Origin: an uncultured Deferribacteres bacterium
GTDB lineage: Bacteria; Zhuqueibacterota; JdFR-76; DREG01
DNA length: 64,000 nt
Assembly: GCA_964464595.1 (NCBI GenBank)
Contig: CAYXGW010000002.1
Span: 69,408-133,407 of the forward strand
Direction: 5' to 3'
Under the pieces are notes generated by a model. The model saw nothing but the letters and a program-made list of their open reading frames with translations. It was not told the origin of the DNA and ran no database searches. Shown here piece after piece: positions 20,896 to 30,993 of this stretch (the stretch's first letter is position 1; every line of letters starts with the position of its first letter). Both the position numbers and the translations under genes were made by a program.

Positions 20896-21189
20896 TTATT
20901 TATTATTTTTAGATTTGTTTATATCAGCATCATTACTGGCATTAACAAAATTCATTTGAAGGTTTGCAACAGTTTTATTAAGTAATTTTGATTCTTCTTC
21001 TGATAAGTTTCCCGATGTCTTCGTTTGTATCATATCCAACATATCGATGAAGTATTTGGCCTGTTGTAGATTTTTTTCATTTTTTTTAGTTTGTGGATTT
21101 TCTGATAGCCCCAATTGAATCAATGCCGCACTTTGAAATTGTAGCACCAATTGCGCAAACATCACATCCACTTTTTTGTTTTCACCCAA
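20896..21189 (-). CDS. DUF1844 domain protein
   Basis: ALIQLG..NPQT...NLQQAKYFIDMLDMIQTKTSGNLSEEE. Confidence 0.85.
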   Translation of the reverse strand: MGENKKVDVMFAQLVLQFQSAALIQLGLSENPQTKKNEKNLQQAKYFIDMLDMIQTKTSGNLSEEESKLLNKTVANLQMNFVNASNDADINKSKNNK

Positions 21190-21245
21190 CTTTATACTCC
21201 TTCATCAAAATACAGGAATTAAAATATTACAAAATAGATAAAGTT

Positions 21246-23345
21246 TCATGCTACTTTACTTAATCTAAAACTCTCTTCATAATAATGATCAAAAAACAAT
21301 CTAACCATTTGATTTTTGGGGGTATTTAATGTTGAATCATCTTTTAATAAACTAAATGCTTCATTTCTGGCGATTTCAAGAATATGATAATCTTCAATCA
21401 AATCTGCAATTTTTAATTTCGGCATACCGTGTTGCCGCACTCCGAAAAATTCTCCCGGGCCTCTTAACTTTAAGTCGAATTCGGCAATTTCGAATCCGTC
21501 AGTTGTTCTCTCCAGCGTTTGCAATCGTTTCCTTGCCAGCTGATTCAATGGTTTATGGGCAACAAATATACAATAGGATTGTTCGCTACCGCGGCCTATC
21601 CTTCCACGCAATTGATGTAATTGAGTTAATCCGAATCTTTCTGCGTGTTCAATCACCATTATGGAAGCATTGGCTACATCTACCCCAACTTCTACAACTG
21701 TAGTGGCAATTAAAATTTTATAATATCCACTTTTGAATAATGACATTATTTTATCTTTTTCATCGCCTTTCATTCGACCATGCAGCAACGCAATATTCAG
21801 TCCATGATAAACGCCATACTTCAGGGTTTCGTAGCTTTCTGTGGCAGCTCTCAGATCCATTTTTTCAGATTCTTCAACCAAAGGAAAAATGATATATGCT
21901 TGTCGACCCAGATCTACTTGTTCACGTACATATCGGTATATTTCTTCTCTTTTATCCTGGTAGCGAATGACTGACTTAATCGGTATCCTGTTGCCAGGTT
22001 TTTGATCCAATAAAGAAACATCCAAATCGCCATAGACCGTTAACGCTAAGGTGCGCGGGATTGGCGTAGCGGTCATGACGAGAACATCAGGATTTATGCC
22101 CTTGTGTCTGAGCTTTTGCCGCTGCATTACACCGAACCTATGCTGTTCATCGACTACGATTAATCCTAGTTTTTTGAATTTGATTTTTTCCTGAAAAAGA
22201 GCATGTGTACCTATGATGATATTCGCTTCCCCGGAAGCTATGTTTTTAGTAATTTTCTCCCTCTCAGATTTCTTTTGCCCGCCAATCACCAATTCAATCG
22301 AAATTCCAAAGTCTGCTAAAAATTGTTTCAAAGATAAATAGTGTTGTTCTGCCAATATTTCAGTCGGCGCCATTAATGCGGATTGGTAGCCGTTTTCAAC
22401 AGCAATCAACATCACTGCAATGCCGACAATTGTCTTACCTGAACCTACATCACCTTGTAGTAAACGGTTCATTGGACTGGTACTATTCATATCCTCCCAA
22501 ATTTCTTTGATCACTTTTTTTTGTGCATCAGTTAATTCGAACGGCAGGTTAGCAAGCAATGCTCTGGTTTTTTCTCCGATTGATTCAAACTGAATTCCCT
22601 TGGTTAATTTCTTAACCTTTAATTTTCGCAAACCAATCATCAATTCCAAATAAAATAACTCTTCAAACTTAAGACGCCGTATTGCAGCATCAAGCTGGTC
22701 TTCTGAGTCTGGAAAATGGATTTTATCAATTGCAGCGCGTTGGCTTAACAATTTGTATTTCTTAATGAGTCTTTCTGGTAAATTTTCTTCGATACTTGCC
22801 GAATTCTCTTCAAGAGCTTTCCACATCAATCTTCTCATTGCCCTGCTGTCTAATCCGGCAGTATCCAGTTCTGCAGTACTACGATAAAGAGGAATTATTT
22901 TTCTAGTATTCAGTCCCTGCTGGGATTCGCTCAAACGATCATAATCAGGATGTGACATTTGAATCCCTTTATAAAATTTCACTTTGCCATGCACAGCCAG
23001 CCACTCGCCCATTTTAAAGGTGTTTTTCAAATAGTGCGCACCCCGAAACCAAATGCATTTCAGTTCCCCACTTTCATCACGAATCACTAAAACAAATCTC
23101 TGGTATCTACCCTGGTAGGCTCGAAAAGCAATTACCTGGCCGATTGCGGTTACATCTTTACCAATTTCAATATCCGCAATTTTAGCGATCCGGGTTCGAT
23201 CCAGGTATCGCCGCGGGAAATGTGTCAATAAATCAAATAAAGATACAATGCCAAAATTTTCCAACAATTCCCCACGGAATTTTCCGACGCCTTTGAGGGT
23301 TCTAACTGTTTGATTTAAACCATTATAATGATGTGATGATGACAT
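21246..23345 (-). CDS. recG: ATP-dependent DNA helicase RecG
   Basis: RLLQGDVGSGKT, DEQHRFG, MTATPIPRTL, QLHQLRGRIGRG. Confidence 0.97.
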   Translation of the reverse strand: MSSSHHYNGLNQTVRTLKGVGKFRGELLENFGIVSLFDLLTHFPRRYLDRTRIAKIADIEIGKDVTAIGQVIAFRAYQGRYQRFVLVIRDESGELKCIWFRGAHYLKNTFKMGEWLAVHGKVKFYKGIQMSHPDYDRLSESQQGLNTRKIIPLYRSTAELDTAGLDSRAMRRLMWKALEENSASIEENLPERLIKKYKLLSQRAAIDKIHFPDSEDQLDAAIRRLKFEELFYLELMIGLRKLKVKKLTKGIQFESIGEKTRALLANLPFELTDAQKKVIKEIWEDMNSTSPMNRLLQGDVGSGKTIVGIAVMLIAVENGYQSALMAPTEILAEQHYLSLKQFLADFGISIELVIGGQKKSEREKITKNIASGEANIIIGTHALFQEKIKFKKLGLIVVDEQHRFGVMQRQKLRHKGINPDVLVMTATPIPRTLALTVYGDLDVSLLDQKPGNRIPIKSVIRYQDKREEIYRYVREQVDLGRQAYIIFPLVEESEKMDLRAATESYETLKYGVYHGLNIALLHGRMKGDEKDKIMSLFKSGYYKILIATTVVEVGVDVANASIMVIEHAERFGLTQLHQLRGRIGRGSEQSYCIFVAHKPLNQLARKRLQTLERTTDGFEIAEFDLKLRGPGEFFGVRQHGMPKLKIADLIEDYHILEIARNEAFSLLKDDSTLNTPKNQMVRLFFDHYYEESFRLSKVA

Positions 23346-23469
23346 TCAATACTTTAGTTAAGACTCAGTTTAAGATTTAGACCAAATCAGAATATTAATG
23401 TGATTCCTTGACGGTTTCATATTTAGCTACCTCAATCTTAGACTTAATCTTAACCTCACTGCTATTCTA

Positions 23470-24918
23470 TTACCAGGAATATTCAACAGTATATGTCAGC
23501 TTTGTTTCCTTCTTGGCAGGAATATTTATTTTGAATTCGATTGAGCGAGCATCTTTTGCAGAATACTCATGGCTGGAAGCAATTATTTTCCAATTACTAT
23601 TGGTTGCTCGGTATAATAAATTTTCAATGACTGAAATTGCTACAGTTTTAGATTTCCGGTTCTTAATGATTATCTCATAGGATTCACGTAATTGTTGTTT
23701 CCCAATCCTATCCACTCTGATTTGTTTTCGCTCTGCAACCAGATCAAAAGCTGCTCCCATAAGAATCTCAATCCATTCCTGTTCCGGCGTATGTTTTATA
23801 TTGGCTTCACCCAGGAATATGCCGGTATTAGTTTTGTCTTGATATACTCGAAATCTTCCAGCCGGAAATGGAAGCCCCAACGAATTATTTTCATCATTCT
23901 TGAACCGTAAATAAACCTGCAAACGCTGGTCTCTTTCCCTGCTATTCAACACGTACTTTTTAGTAACATCTACACCATCGGCTTTAAACATCCGTATTTG
24001 CTTCAACTGATTATTGCCAATGCTAACAGGCCGGTCAATTCTGTAAAGATGGTATTCAAATTGTTCTTGTTGGGAAACATCCTGTGCGTAACTGGCTTCA
24101 CTGACAGCCATGGTTTTGTATTGTGGGGTCGGCCTTCTGCTTCGAGTTAAATTTAAATCACCGGCAACGACACTAACATTAGCATTTTCGAAATTTTTCC
24201 CGGATTTATTGTCAATACTAATCCAGGCATTAACATCGAGTTGTGTTCCTTCTTCATTCAGAATGGCAACATATTCAGTGGTCCAATTCATTCCATGGGT
24301 CAAATATTCTATTTCAAGCTGATGGGTTTTTTTCTTTTCGCTTTTCACCAACCAGACCAATGTGGGCTTGGTATTTAATCCGTCGGGCAACTTTGGAAAT
24401 TTTATGGAATGAATATCTTTATTTTTGATGAGTGTAATCTCTTCATTTTCATTTGCAAGCAACAAATCCGATCCAGTACTCAATAACTTTCCTTCAATCA
24501 AATTTCCCTTTGAATCGATGAGTTGAATGGTTTGATTGATAAATTTTGACAGCACCTTATTGGATGCAATCAGATCATATTCAAAAAGTTGCTCCAATAT
24601 TGTGAGCGATTTTGGATCATTCAAGGAATGTAAATGCACGGAAGTAGGATCAATCGATTTGGCTACGTCTTCGATCCGAATATTCTGCTCTCCTTTTTCT
24701 AATTGAAAAGAGAAAGTTTGCCGGACCAGGGCAAGGTTCTGGTTATACACAGTTACTGAAACGTTTGAATTTTGAGCAAAAACAAGAATGGCTGGATACA
24801 AGAAGAAAAGGAAAAAGAGTTTTATCAAAAAGAATGAAATTGTTTGCAGAGAACCAAACAATGGCTTATTCACTAAGTGTGGAGTAATTATTTTGCAGTT
24901 TTTCAAGGTTTTCTTCAT
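23470..24918 (-). CDS. DUF4139 domain exported protein (start uncertain, possibly GTG at 24873)
   Basis: VTVYNQNLALVR, FEYDL, KPTLVW, FEYHLY, PFPAGRFRVY; signal-peptide-like N-terminus. Confidence 0.75.
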   Translation of the reverse strand: MKKTLKNCKIITPHLVNKPLFGSLQTISFFLIKLFFLFFLYPAILVFAQNSNVSVTVYNQNLALVRQTFSFQLEKGEQNIRIEDVAKSIDPTSVHLHSLNDPKSLTILEQLFEYDLIASNKVLSKFINQTIQLIDSKGNLIEGKLLSTGSDLLLANENEEITLIKNKDIHSIKFPKLPDGLNTKPTLVWLVKSEKKKTHQLEIEYLTHGMNWTTEYVAILNEEGTQLDVNAWISIDNKSGKNFENANVSVVAGDLNLTRSRRPTPQYKTMAVSEASYAQDVSQQEQFEYHLYRIDRPVSIGNNQLKQIRMFKADGVDVTKKYVLNSRERDQRLQVYLRFKNDENNSLGLPFPAGRFRVYQDKTNTGIFLGEANIKHTPEQEWIEILMGAAFDLVAERKQIRVDRIGKQQLRESYEIIIKNRKSKTVAISVIENLLYRATNSNWKIIASSHEYSAKDARSIEFKINIPAKKETKLTYTVEYSW

Positions 24919-27535
24919 AGGTAATTTTTTTATTACGCTCTTTGTCGATCACCTCTTTGGGAGCGCGATTAATAAAATTTTCATTGGTTAATTTAATATT
25001 GATCTTTTGAATTTGATCTTCAATTCGAACGATTTCTTTTAGCAACCGTTCCTTTTCTTTTTCGATGTCGATTAAACCTTCAAGTGATATATAAAGTTCG
25101 ATCCCGCGAACAACCGCAGATGCGCTCTGCGGCGGCTTTTCAACTTCGGCTCCAATTTTTAAATTCTGGATCCATCCAAGTTCACGTAAATAGTTTTGAT
25201 TTGCTTCCAGCAATTGATACTCGGAATTGGACGTTTTAATAAATGCATTCGCTTTTCTACCCGGCGGGACATTCATCTCTCCACGAATATTTCGAACCGC
25301 GCTGATAACATCTTGAATAAAAACCATTTCCTGATCCTTAGCGCTTGAAACCATTTCCGAAATTTCTTCGGGCCAGGGTGAGATCATTATGCTTTCTTCG
25401 TCAGTATTCGATTTAAGTTTTTGCCATATTTCCTCTGTGATAAACGGAATAACCGGATGCATCAATTTCATGCTGTTTTTTAATATATGAATTGCAATTT
25501 GCATCGGGATTTGCTTGTTCGCATTATTATCCTTGTCGTACAATCTTGACTTGATTAATTCCAGGTACCAATCGCAAAAATCTCCCCAGAAAAACGCGTG
25601 CATCGAATCCATATATTCACTGAACCTGAAATTCTTCAAAGCCTGGGTTATTTTAGGGATTGTTTGCGCATAGCGGCTAAGGATCCAACGGTCTGCCAGT
25701 TCCAGTTTATCTGAATTTTCTTCACAGAATTTTGAAAAATCCAGGTTAAGATCTACACGCTCGGCATTCATCCACAGAAATCGGAATGCATTCCAAATTT
25801 TATTTGAATAATTTCTGCCGATTTCAAAATCGCCTTTGGTCAAATTGATATCATGTCCCTCAACCGACAATGACAATAGAGAATAGCGCACCGCATCGGC
25901 GCTGAACTTTTCGATCATTTCGAGTGGATCGATGCCGTTGCCGAGAGACTTGCTCATTTTCCTGCCATCCGCATCCCGTACAATTCCATTAAAATAAATA
26001 TGATTAAATGGAATCTCTCCTTTGAATTGAAGTCCGGCCATAATCATCCTGGCGACCCAAAAAAAGATAATATCCGGTCCGGTAACCAGCGTTGAAGTCG
26101 GGTAAAAATATTCCTGGTCTTCCGTTTTTTCTGGCCAGCCCATTGTGGAAAATGGCCACAACCAGGATGAAAACCAGGTATCTAAAACGTCGGGATCCTG
26201 ATTAATATTGTTTTTGCCACATTTCGAACAAATCTCCGGTGCTTCCCTCAAAACCATCATCTGATTACAATCCTGGCAATAATACACCGGAATCCTATGC
26301 CCCCACCAGAGTTGCCTGGAGATACACCAATCACGGATGTTTTTCATCCAGTTTTCATACACGCCAATCCAGCGAGTGGGCAGTATTTGAATATCGCCAT
26401 CCTGAACAGCTTTCAATGCGGGATCGGACAGGGGCTTAATTTTCACGAACCATTGCTCGGACAAGCAAGGCTCAATGACAGTATTACACCTTTGGCAATG
26501 ACCAACCGAATGAACATGTTTCTCAATTTTCTCTAACAACCCCTGTGATTTCAACGCCTTAACCAGTCTCTTTCGAGCCTCAAACCTGTCCATCCCATCA
26601 TAGGGACCAGCTTTCACATTCATCTTGCCATCAGGACTGATTACGATAATAGCGGGCAGATTATGACGATGGCCTAGCTCGAAATCATTGGGATCGTGCG
26701 CTGGTGTAATCTTAACAGCGCCAGTACCCAAAGTCCTGTCAACAGCTTCGTCTGCAACAATAGGCAGCTCCCGGTTCAAAATGGGTAAAATAGCAGTTTT
26801 ACCGATGAATTTTGTGTATCGTGTATCGTCCGGATGCACCGCTACGGCTGTATCACCCAACATGGTTTCGGGCCGGGTAGTCGCTACAATGATTGAATGT
26901 TTGGAATCCTTAATCGGGTAATGAATATACCAAAGAGAGCTCTCGCGATCTGAGTGATTGACTTCTTCATCTGAAATCGCAGTCTGACAGCGGGGACACC
27001 AATTAATGATATACTTGCCACGATAAATCAGACCCTTCTCGTAGAGTTGAACGAAGGCCTCGATAACCGCTTTGGACATGTCTTCATCCATGGTGAATTT
27101 GGTGCGGGACCAATCACAGGAAAAACCAAGCTTTCTTAATTGCTTGAGGATAATATCCCCGTGTTTTTCCCGCCATTGCCAGACCGTTTTCACAAATTTT
27201 TCCCTGCCCAGGTCATGCCGGGAAAGACCCTGTTCTTTCTTGAGTGACCGTTCTACGACAGTTTGTGTGGCGATACCAGCGTGGTCGGTACCGGGAAGCC
27301 AAAGCGCATTATACCCCAGCATACGATAAAATCGGGTTAAAATATCCTGGATGGTGTTGGTAAATGCATGCCCTATATGCAGCCGGTCGGTGACATTAGG
27401 AGGTGGAATCACAATTGTAAAGGGCTTCTTGGCTGGATCGGGATCCGCTTTAAAGTATCCGGAATTTTCCCAATTAGAATATACCCTGTCTTCTACTTGT
27501 TTAGGGTCGTAATGCTTTGAAATCTCTTCTCGCAT
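24866..27535 (-). CDS. valS: Valine--tRNA ligase
   Basis: PPPNVTDRLHIGHA, DHAGIATQ, WCISRQLWWGHRIP, DVLDTWFSS, KMSKS. Confidence 0.98.
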   Translation of the reverse strand: MREEISKHYDPKQVEDRVYSNWENSGYFKADPDPAKKPFTIVIPPPNVTDRLHIGHAFTNTIQDILTRFYRMLGYNALWLPGTDHAGIATQTVVERSLKKEQGLSRHDLGREKFVKTVWQWREKHGDIILKQLRKLGFSCDWSRTKFTMDEDMSKAVIEAFVQLYEKGLIYRGKYIINWCPRCQTAISDEEVNHSDRESSLWYIHYPIKDSKHSIIVATTRPETMLGDTAVAVHPDDTRYTKFIGKTAILPILNRELPIVADEAVDRTLGTGAVKITPAHDPNDFELGHRHNLPAIIVISPDGKMNVKAGPYDGMDRFEARKRLVKALKSQGLLEKIEKHVHSVGHCQRCNTVIEPCLSEQWFVKIKPLSDPALKAVQDGDIQILPTRWIGVYENWMKNIRDWCISRQLWWGHRIPVYYCQDCNQMMVLREAPEICSKCGKNNINQDPDVLDTWFSSWLWPFSTMGWPEKTEDQEYFYPTSTLVTGPDIIFFWVARMIMAGLQFKGEIPFNHIYFNGIVRDADGRKMSKSLGNGIDPLEMIEKFSADAVRYSLLSLSVEGHDINLTKGDFEIGRNYSNKIWNAFRFLWMNAERVDLNLDFSKFCEENSDKLELADRWILSRYAQTIPKITQALKNFRFSEYMDSMHAFFWGDFCDWYLELIKSRLYDKDNNANKQIPMQIAIHILKNSMKLMHPVIPFITEEIWQKLKSNTDEESIMISPWPEEISEMVSSAKDQEMVFIQDVISAVRNIRGEMNVPPGRKANAFIKTSNSEYQLLEANQNYLRELGWIQNLKIGAEVEKPPQSASAVVRGIELYISLEGLIDIEKEKERLLKEIVRIEDQIQKINIKLTNENFINRAPKEVIDKERNKKITYEENLEKLQNNYSTLSE

Positions 27536-27698
27536 AACTCGTACTATTCACCCGCAGTTTGTGTTTAATTATAAAATAATGGCAACTAATATAGAATAAT
27601 TCAATAGCTAAATCAATTATATGTTGGTGGATGGAACGGAGGGATACCTTAATTGGATATAATCAACTTATCATGAACTGGAATTCCCTTTGGAATGA

Positions 27699-27730
27699 TA
27701 TTTAATTCAAGCGTAAGTACACTCTCGTGA
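27699..27730 (+). repeat. Left copy of 32-bp imperfect direct repeat flanking the four-gene cassette
   Basis: tatttaattcaagcgtaagtacactctcgtga; 28/32 identical to 33517-33548. Confidence 0.8.
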
Positions 27731-27782
27731 TTATAATATGTAATAGACGATAAACATTTTAAAGTTGATTACAAATTTTCTC

Positions 27783-27811
27783 TTGACTTTATTAATCCAC
27801 CAAGATACTTT
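27783..27811 (+). promoter_or_regulatory. Possible sigma70 promoter for the cassette
   Basis: TTGACT-N17-TACTTT; motif match only. Confidence 0.3.
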
Positions 27812-28059
27812 CAAGTAAACAAAATTTAGGAAAACCTGGGGTTCTCCATGTCCAATTGGAAACACAGATTACTAAATTTAGAATTTTTCCATTATTCTAT
27901 CGGATTTGGGATGGTTATACATGAGGCAATGAAATGCTGGAGGACAATTGGAACAGGGAGCTGAAAGTCTGGGAATTGCCATTTGAGAAGGTTAAACAAT
28001 TGAGATTGACCAAAAAACTTATGAATAAACCAAAACCAATAGCCTTTATTTAGGAAGAT

Positions 28060-28695
28060 ATGAATAATAAATTAATTGTAAAGGATTGTAGCCTATGCTC
28101 GGCCTTACACGATAAAGATGAGTTCAAAAAACCCGATCGACATTATAACTTCAAATTATTTCAAGATAAGTTTTTCACTATACTGCCAAGTATTGGCCCA
28201 TTAGAACTCGGCCACGTGATGGTTGTAAGTCAGTACCATAAGATGAACTTGGCTTCAATGGGAGTACAATTGCTCAGTAAGTATGACCGACTCATTAATG
28301 GTATTCGAAATAAATATAGCCTTTATCATACCGACCTGCTTGAAGCTGAACATGGTCCTGTAGAAACAAATAGTGCAGGTTCTTGTATTATTCACACTCA
28401 CATTCACTTAATTCCTAACTGTGGTAAATTCGAAAATATTTTTGATGATAAGCTTGATAAAATTCTCATTACTAAAAATATTGAAGATATTGCAGAAATA
28501 ACAAAACCTTATATTTTCGTCCGAGGAAGGTCACAAACAATTATTATTTATGATGCTAACGATGTCCCTTCACAATATATTAGAAGAATCATTTGCAAGA
28601 ATGAAGAAAGAGAGGATTGGGATTGGGCCGTTTTTCCACATAATGACATAATTTTAGAAACTATAAATTATTGGCGTTCTCAGACTTCAAAATGA
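28060..28695 (+). CDS. HIT-superfamily (Cwf19/CwfJ-like) nucleotide hydrolase/transferase
   Basis: CSLC, PSIGPLELGHVMVV...H, EHG, canonical triad HTHIHLI, SQYIRR, WDW. Confidence 0.7.
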   Translation: MNNKLIVKDCSLCSALHDKDEFKKPDRHYNFKLFQDKFFTILPSIGPLELGHVMVVSQYHKMNLASMGVQLLSKYDRLINGIRNKYSLYHTDLLEAEHGPVETNSAGSCIIHTHIHLIPNCGKFENIFDDKLDKILITKNIEDIAEITKPYIFVRGRSQTIIIYDANDVPSQYIRRIICKNEEREDWDWAVFPHNDIILETINYWRSQTSK

Positions 28696-29738
28696 CTTCA
28701 AAATTTGATCCAGATTCTATTCACAATTGGGTGTCTTCTCTTTTTGCGAATTCGAAACAAGATTCATGTATAATTGCGAGTATCAACGATGATGATTGTG
28801 CAGTTATACGATTATTCAACAATTACATTATTGTCACAACCGACTATCTTAATGCTAGACCTATCGCCATTGAACTAGGGGTAGGAGGCTTTTGGGATTT
28901 GGGCAGACTAGTAGTTGCTTCTAACTTATCAGACCTTTGTGGAAGTGGTGCAAAGCCATTTGCGTTACTAACTTCAATAATGATGAAAAGAACTAGAAAT
29001 CGTATGGATTTTGAACAGTTAATGAAAGGAGTCAAATTTGAATTAGAAAAATATGATGTGCCTTTGATTGGGGGCGATACCAAGTTAGGCGATTCAACTG
29101 CAATTCTTGGTGTAGGTATTGGTATTGCTTCAGATATATCAAACCTTTTTTTAAGAAACAGCGCACAAGCCAAAGACATTTTGTGGTGTTCAGGTTATTT
29201 AGGCTCAATGAGTGCGGCAGTATTGGCAATGAATAGCAACAGAATTTCAAAAGGGTTGAAAAGTTGGGCAAAGAATGTGATTATTGAACCCCGAATCCCA
29301 ATAAACCTTTCCCAACAGATATCAGCTTCAGGGTTTGCCAACGGAGGAACTGACGTAAGTGATGGCCTTGGGAATGATCTATTAAGGTTATGTGAGGCAA
29401 GTAAAGTCGGAGTTATAATCAACGCTGACCAAATCCCAATTGAACCAGAAGCGATTGAGATTGCCAAAAAGTTAAATCTAAAACCATGGTTCTTAGCGTT
29501 TGGATTAGGTGGAGATTTCCAATTTATTGTGAGTACGAAAAATGACAGAAAATACTATAATAAGATAATACAAATGGGCTTTCACCAAATTGGTGAACTT
29601 ACTTATAAGCCTGATTGTTTAGTTAAACTCACAGACAATACATTATTAAAGATGCCAACAATTGGACATCGAGACGCTAGAAACCTAAGTTTTTCTAATG
29701 AACTAATGGAAATATTAAGCACAATACAAACGAATTAG
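28692..29738 (+). CDS. ThiL-like (PurM-fold) kinase, divergent
   Basis: DDDCAV, TTDYL, SNLSDL, LIGGDT, DVSDGL; ATGA overlap with upstream stop. Confidence 0.75.
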   Translation: MTSKFDPDSIHNWVSSLFANSKQDSCIIASINDDDCAVIRLFNNYIIVTTDYLNARPIAIELGVGGFWDLGRLVVASNLSDLCGSGAKPFALLTSIMMKRTRNRMDFEQLMKGVKFELEKYDVPLIGGDTKLGDSTAILGVGIGIASDISNLFLRNSAQAKDILWCSGYLGSMSAAVLAMNSNRISKGLKSWAKNVIIEPRIPINLSQQISASGFANGGTDVSDGLGNDLLRLCEASKVGVIINADQIPIEPEAIEIAKKLNLKPWFLAFGLGGDFQFIVSTKNDRKYYNKIIQMGFHQIGELTYKPDCLVKLTDNTLLKMPTIGHRDARNLSFSNELMEILSTIQTN

Positions 29739-29740
29739 GA

Positions 29741-30985
29741 ATGGTTACAATAGACCAAATTTCAAATGCTCAAGCGCGAATTATTGAGCTAATAAATGTT
29801 CAGTGTTCCCAGGGTGCACAATTAGACTCACTTCCTGACGGCACGTCTGCTTGTGGCCAATTCTTTGGAGATAAAGCTGAAAAACTTAAACAAAGAGGAA
29901 TATATGGGACATCAGCGGCAATTAGGTTGCTAACATATCGCGAGGACGATCTATCGTATAACTTGGTGCGTAAATTAATATCCTATCTACAAATTCGGTT
30001 TAAATCTGAATTAAGAGATTCAAAACATAAAGAACTGACTAAAATTACTCACGATGGCGAAAGCGATGAACACAATGTCATTAAATTATCTGAAATATTG
30101 TTCTCTCTCTCGTTTGTAAAACCGGCTATTTGCAATACTGAGGAGTTCAAAACTAATCTATCCAAACGTTTGCTTGCTGGAATGATTGATAACCGCGGGT
30201 GGGCACATTTTTCGGATTCACCGAATTCAAGAATAGAACTTTTACCCACAGCATACGCCGTTCAAGCTCTTATGGCTAATGGCTATCGACTAAAATTAGA
30301 CAAAGCTTTGAAGTATTTGGAGGAGAGATTAAAGCAGATCTTTCTAGAAAGTTTTTCGAGTGAACAAACAGATATTTCTATCTATATTTTCTGTCTTTAT
30401 GTGTTAGTTTTTTTAGAAGATGAGCTTGATAACCATAAAAGGGATTTATATTTGAAAGAACTCAAACCTTTGTGGAGAATCTTAGAGCCTCTATTTAATT
30501 TCGATCTAGAACAGAATATCGAATATTGGTATGCAAACGACAATTTTTATGTAAGAGTACCTTGGCAGATATACTTCATTGCAATATCATATCAATTGGC
30601 TCCTTTGAAGATATTTGGCTCCTCGGTAGTTCAAAGAAGATTGCAATCTATTTTAAATGATGTTTTAAACGATGGTTTTAAGTATCCTCATTCTGGAATT
30701 ATGTTGTCAACTAGAACGAACGCAATTTTGTTCGATATTTTGGGAATTATTAAAAAAAGTTATAACCGATCTATCGGATTTGTTATCTATAATTTATTTG
30801 ATCGAGCCAGAAATCTCCTTAGCAGGCCTAGTTTTACATATGCTGGATACTTAGCTTCGGTGATTTTGGCTAGTATTTCTATTTATCAATGGTTAGCAAA
30901 ATCCGCTTCATTAGGTGACCTAGCTCCCGAGTTTCTTGGTGCAATATTAATTGCACTATTCTCTTCTAGGAAAGCACGTAAATAA
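29741..30985 (+). CDS. Hypothetical alpha-helical protein (prenyltransferase/terpene-cyclase-like toroid, tentative) with two C-terminal TM helices
   Basis: GQF...GIYGTSAAIRLL and DNRGWAH...LPTAYAVQAL repeats; hydrophobic YAGYLASVILASISIYQWLA and LAPEFLGAILIALFS at the C-terminus. Confidence 0.5.
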   Translation: MVTIDQISNAQARIIELINVQCSQGAQLDSLPDGTSACGQFFGDKAEKLKQRGIYGTSAAIRLLTYREDDLSYNLVRKLISYLQIRFKSELRDSKHKELTKITHDGESDEHNVIKLSEILFSLSFVKPAICNTEEFKTNLSKRLLAGMIDNRGWAHFSDSPNSRIELLPTAYAVQALMANGYRLKLDKALKYLEERLKQIFLESFSSEQTDISIYIFCLYVLVFLEDELDNHKRDLYLKELKPLWRILEPLFNFDLEQNIEYWYANDNFYVRVPWQIYFIAISYQLAPLKIFGSSVVQRRLQSILNDVLNDGFKYPHSGIMLSTRTNAILFDILGIIKKSYNRSIGFVIYNLFDRARNLLSRPSFTYAGYLASVILASISIYQWLAKSASLGDLAPEFLGAILIALFSSRKARK

Positions 30986-30993
30986 GGCTGTTT

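Noticed and set aside
27805-28053. Possible gene remnant upstream of the HIT gene (…GKPGVLHVQ…WDGYT*GNEMLEDNWNRELKVWELPF…)
   Set aside because: Internal stop, no start or RBS, and only vague resemblance to a Y1 transposase N-terminus; cannot be supported without a search
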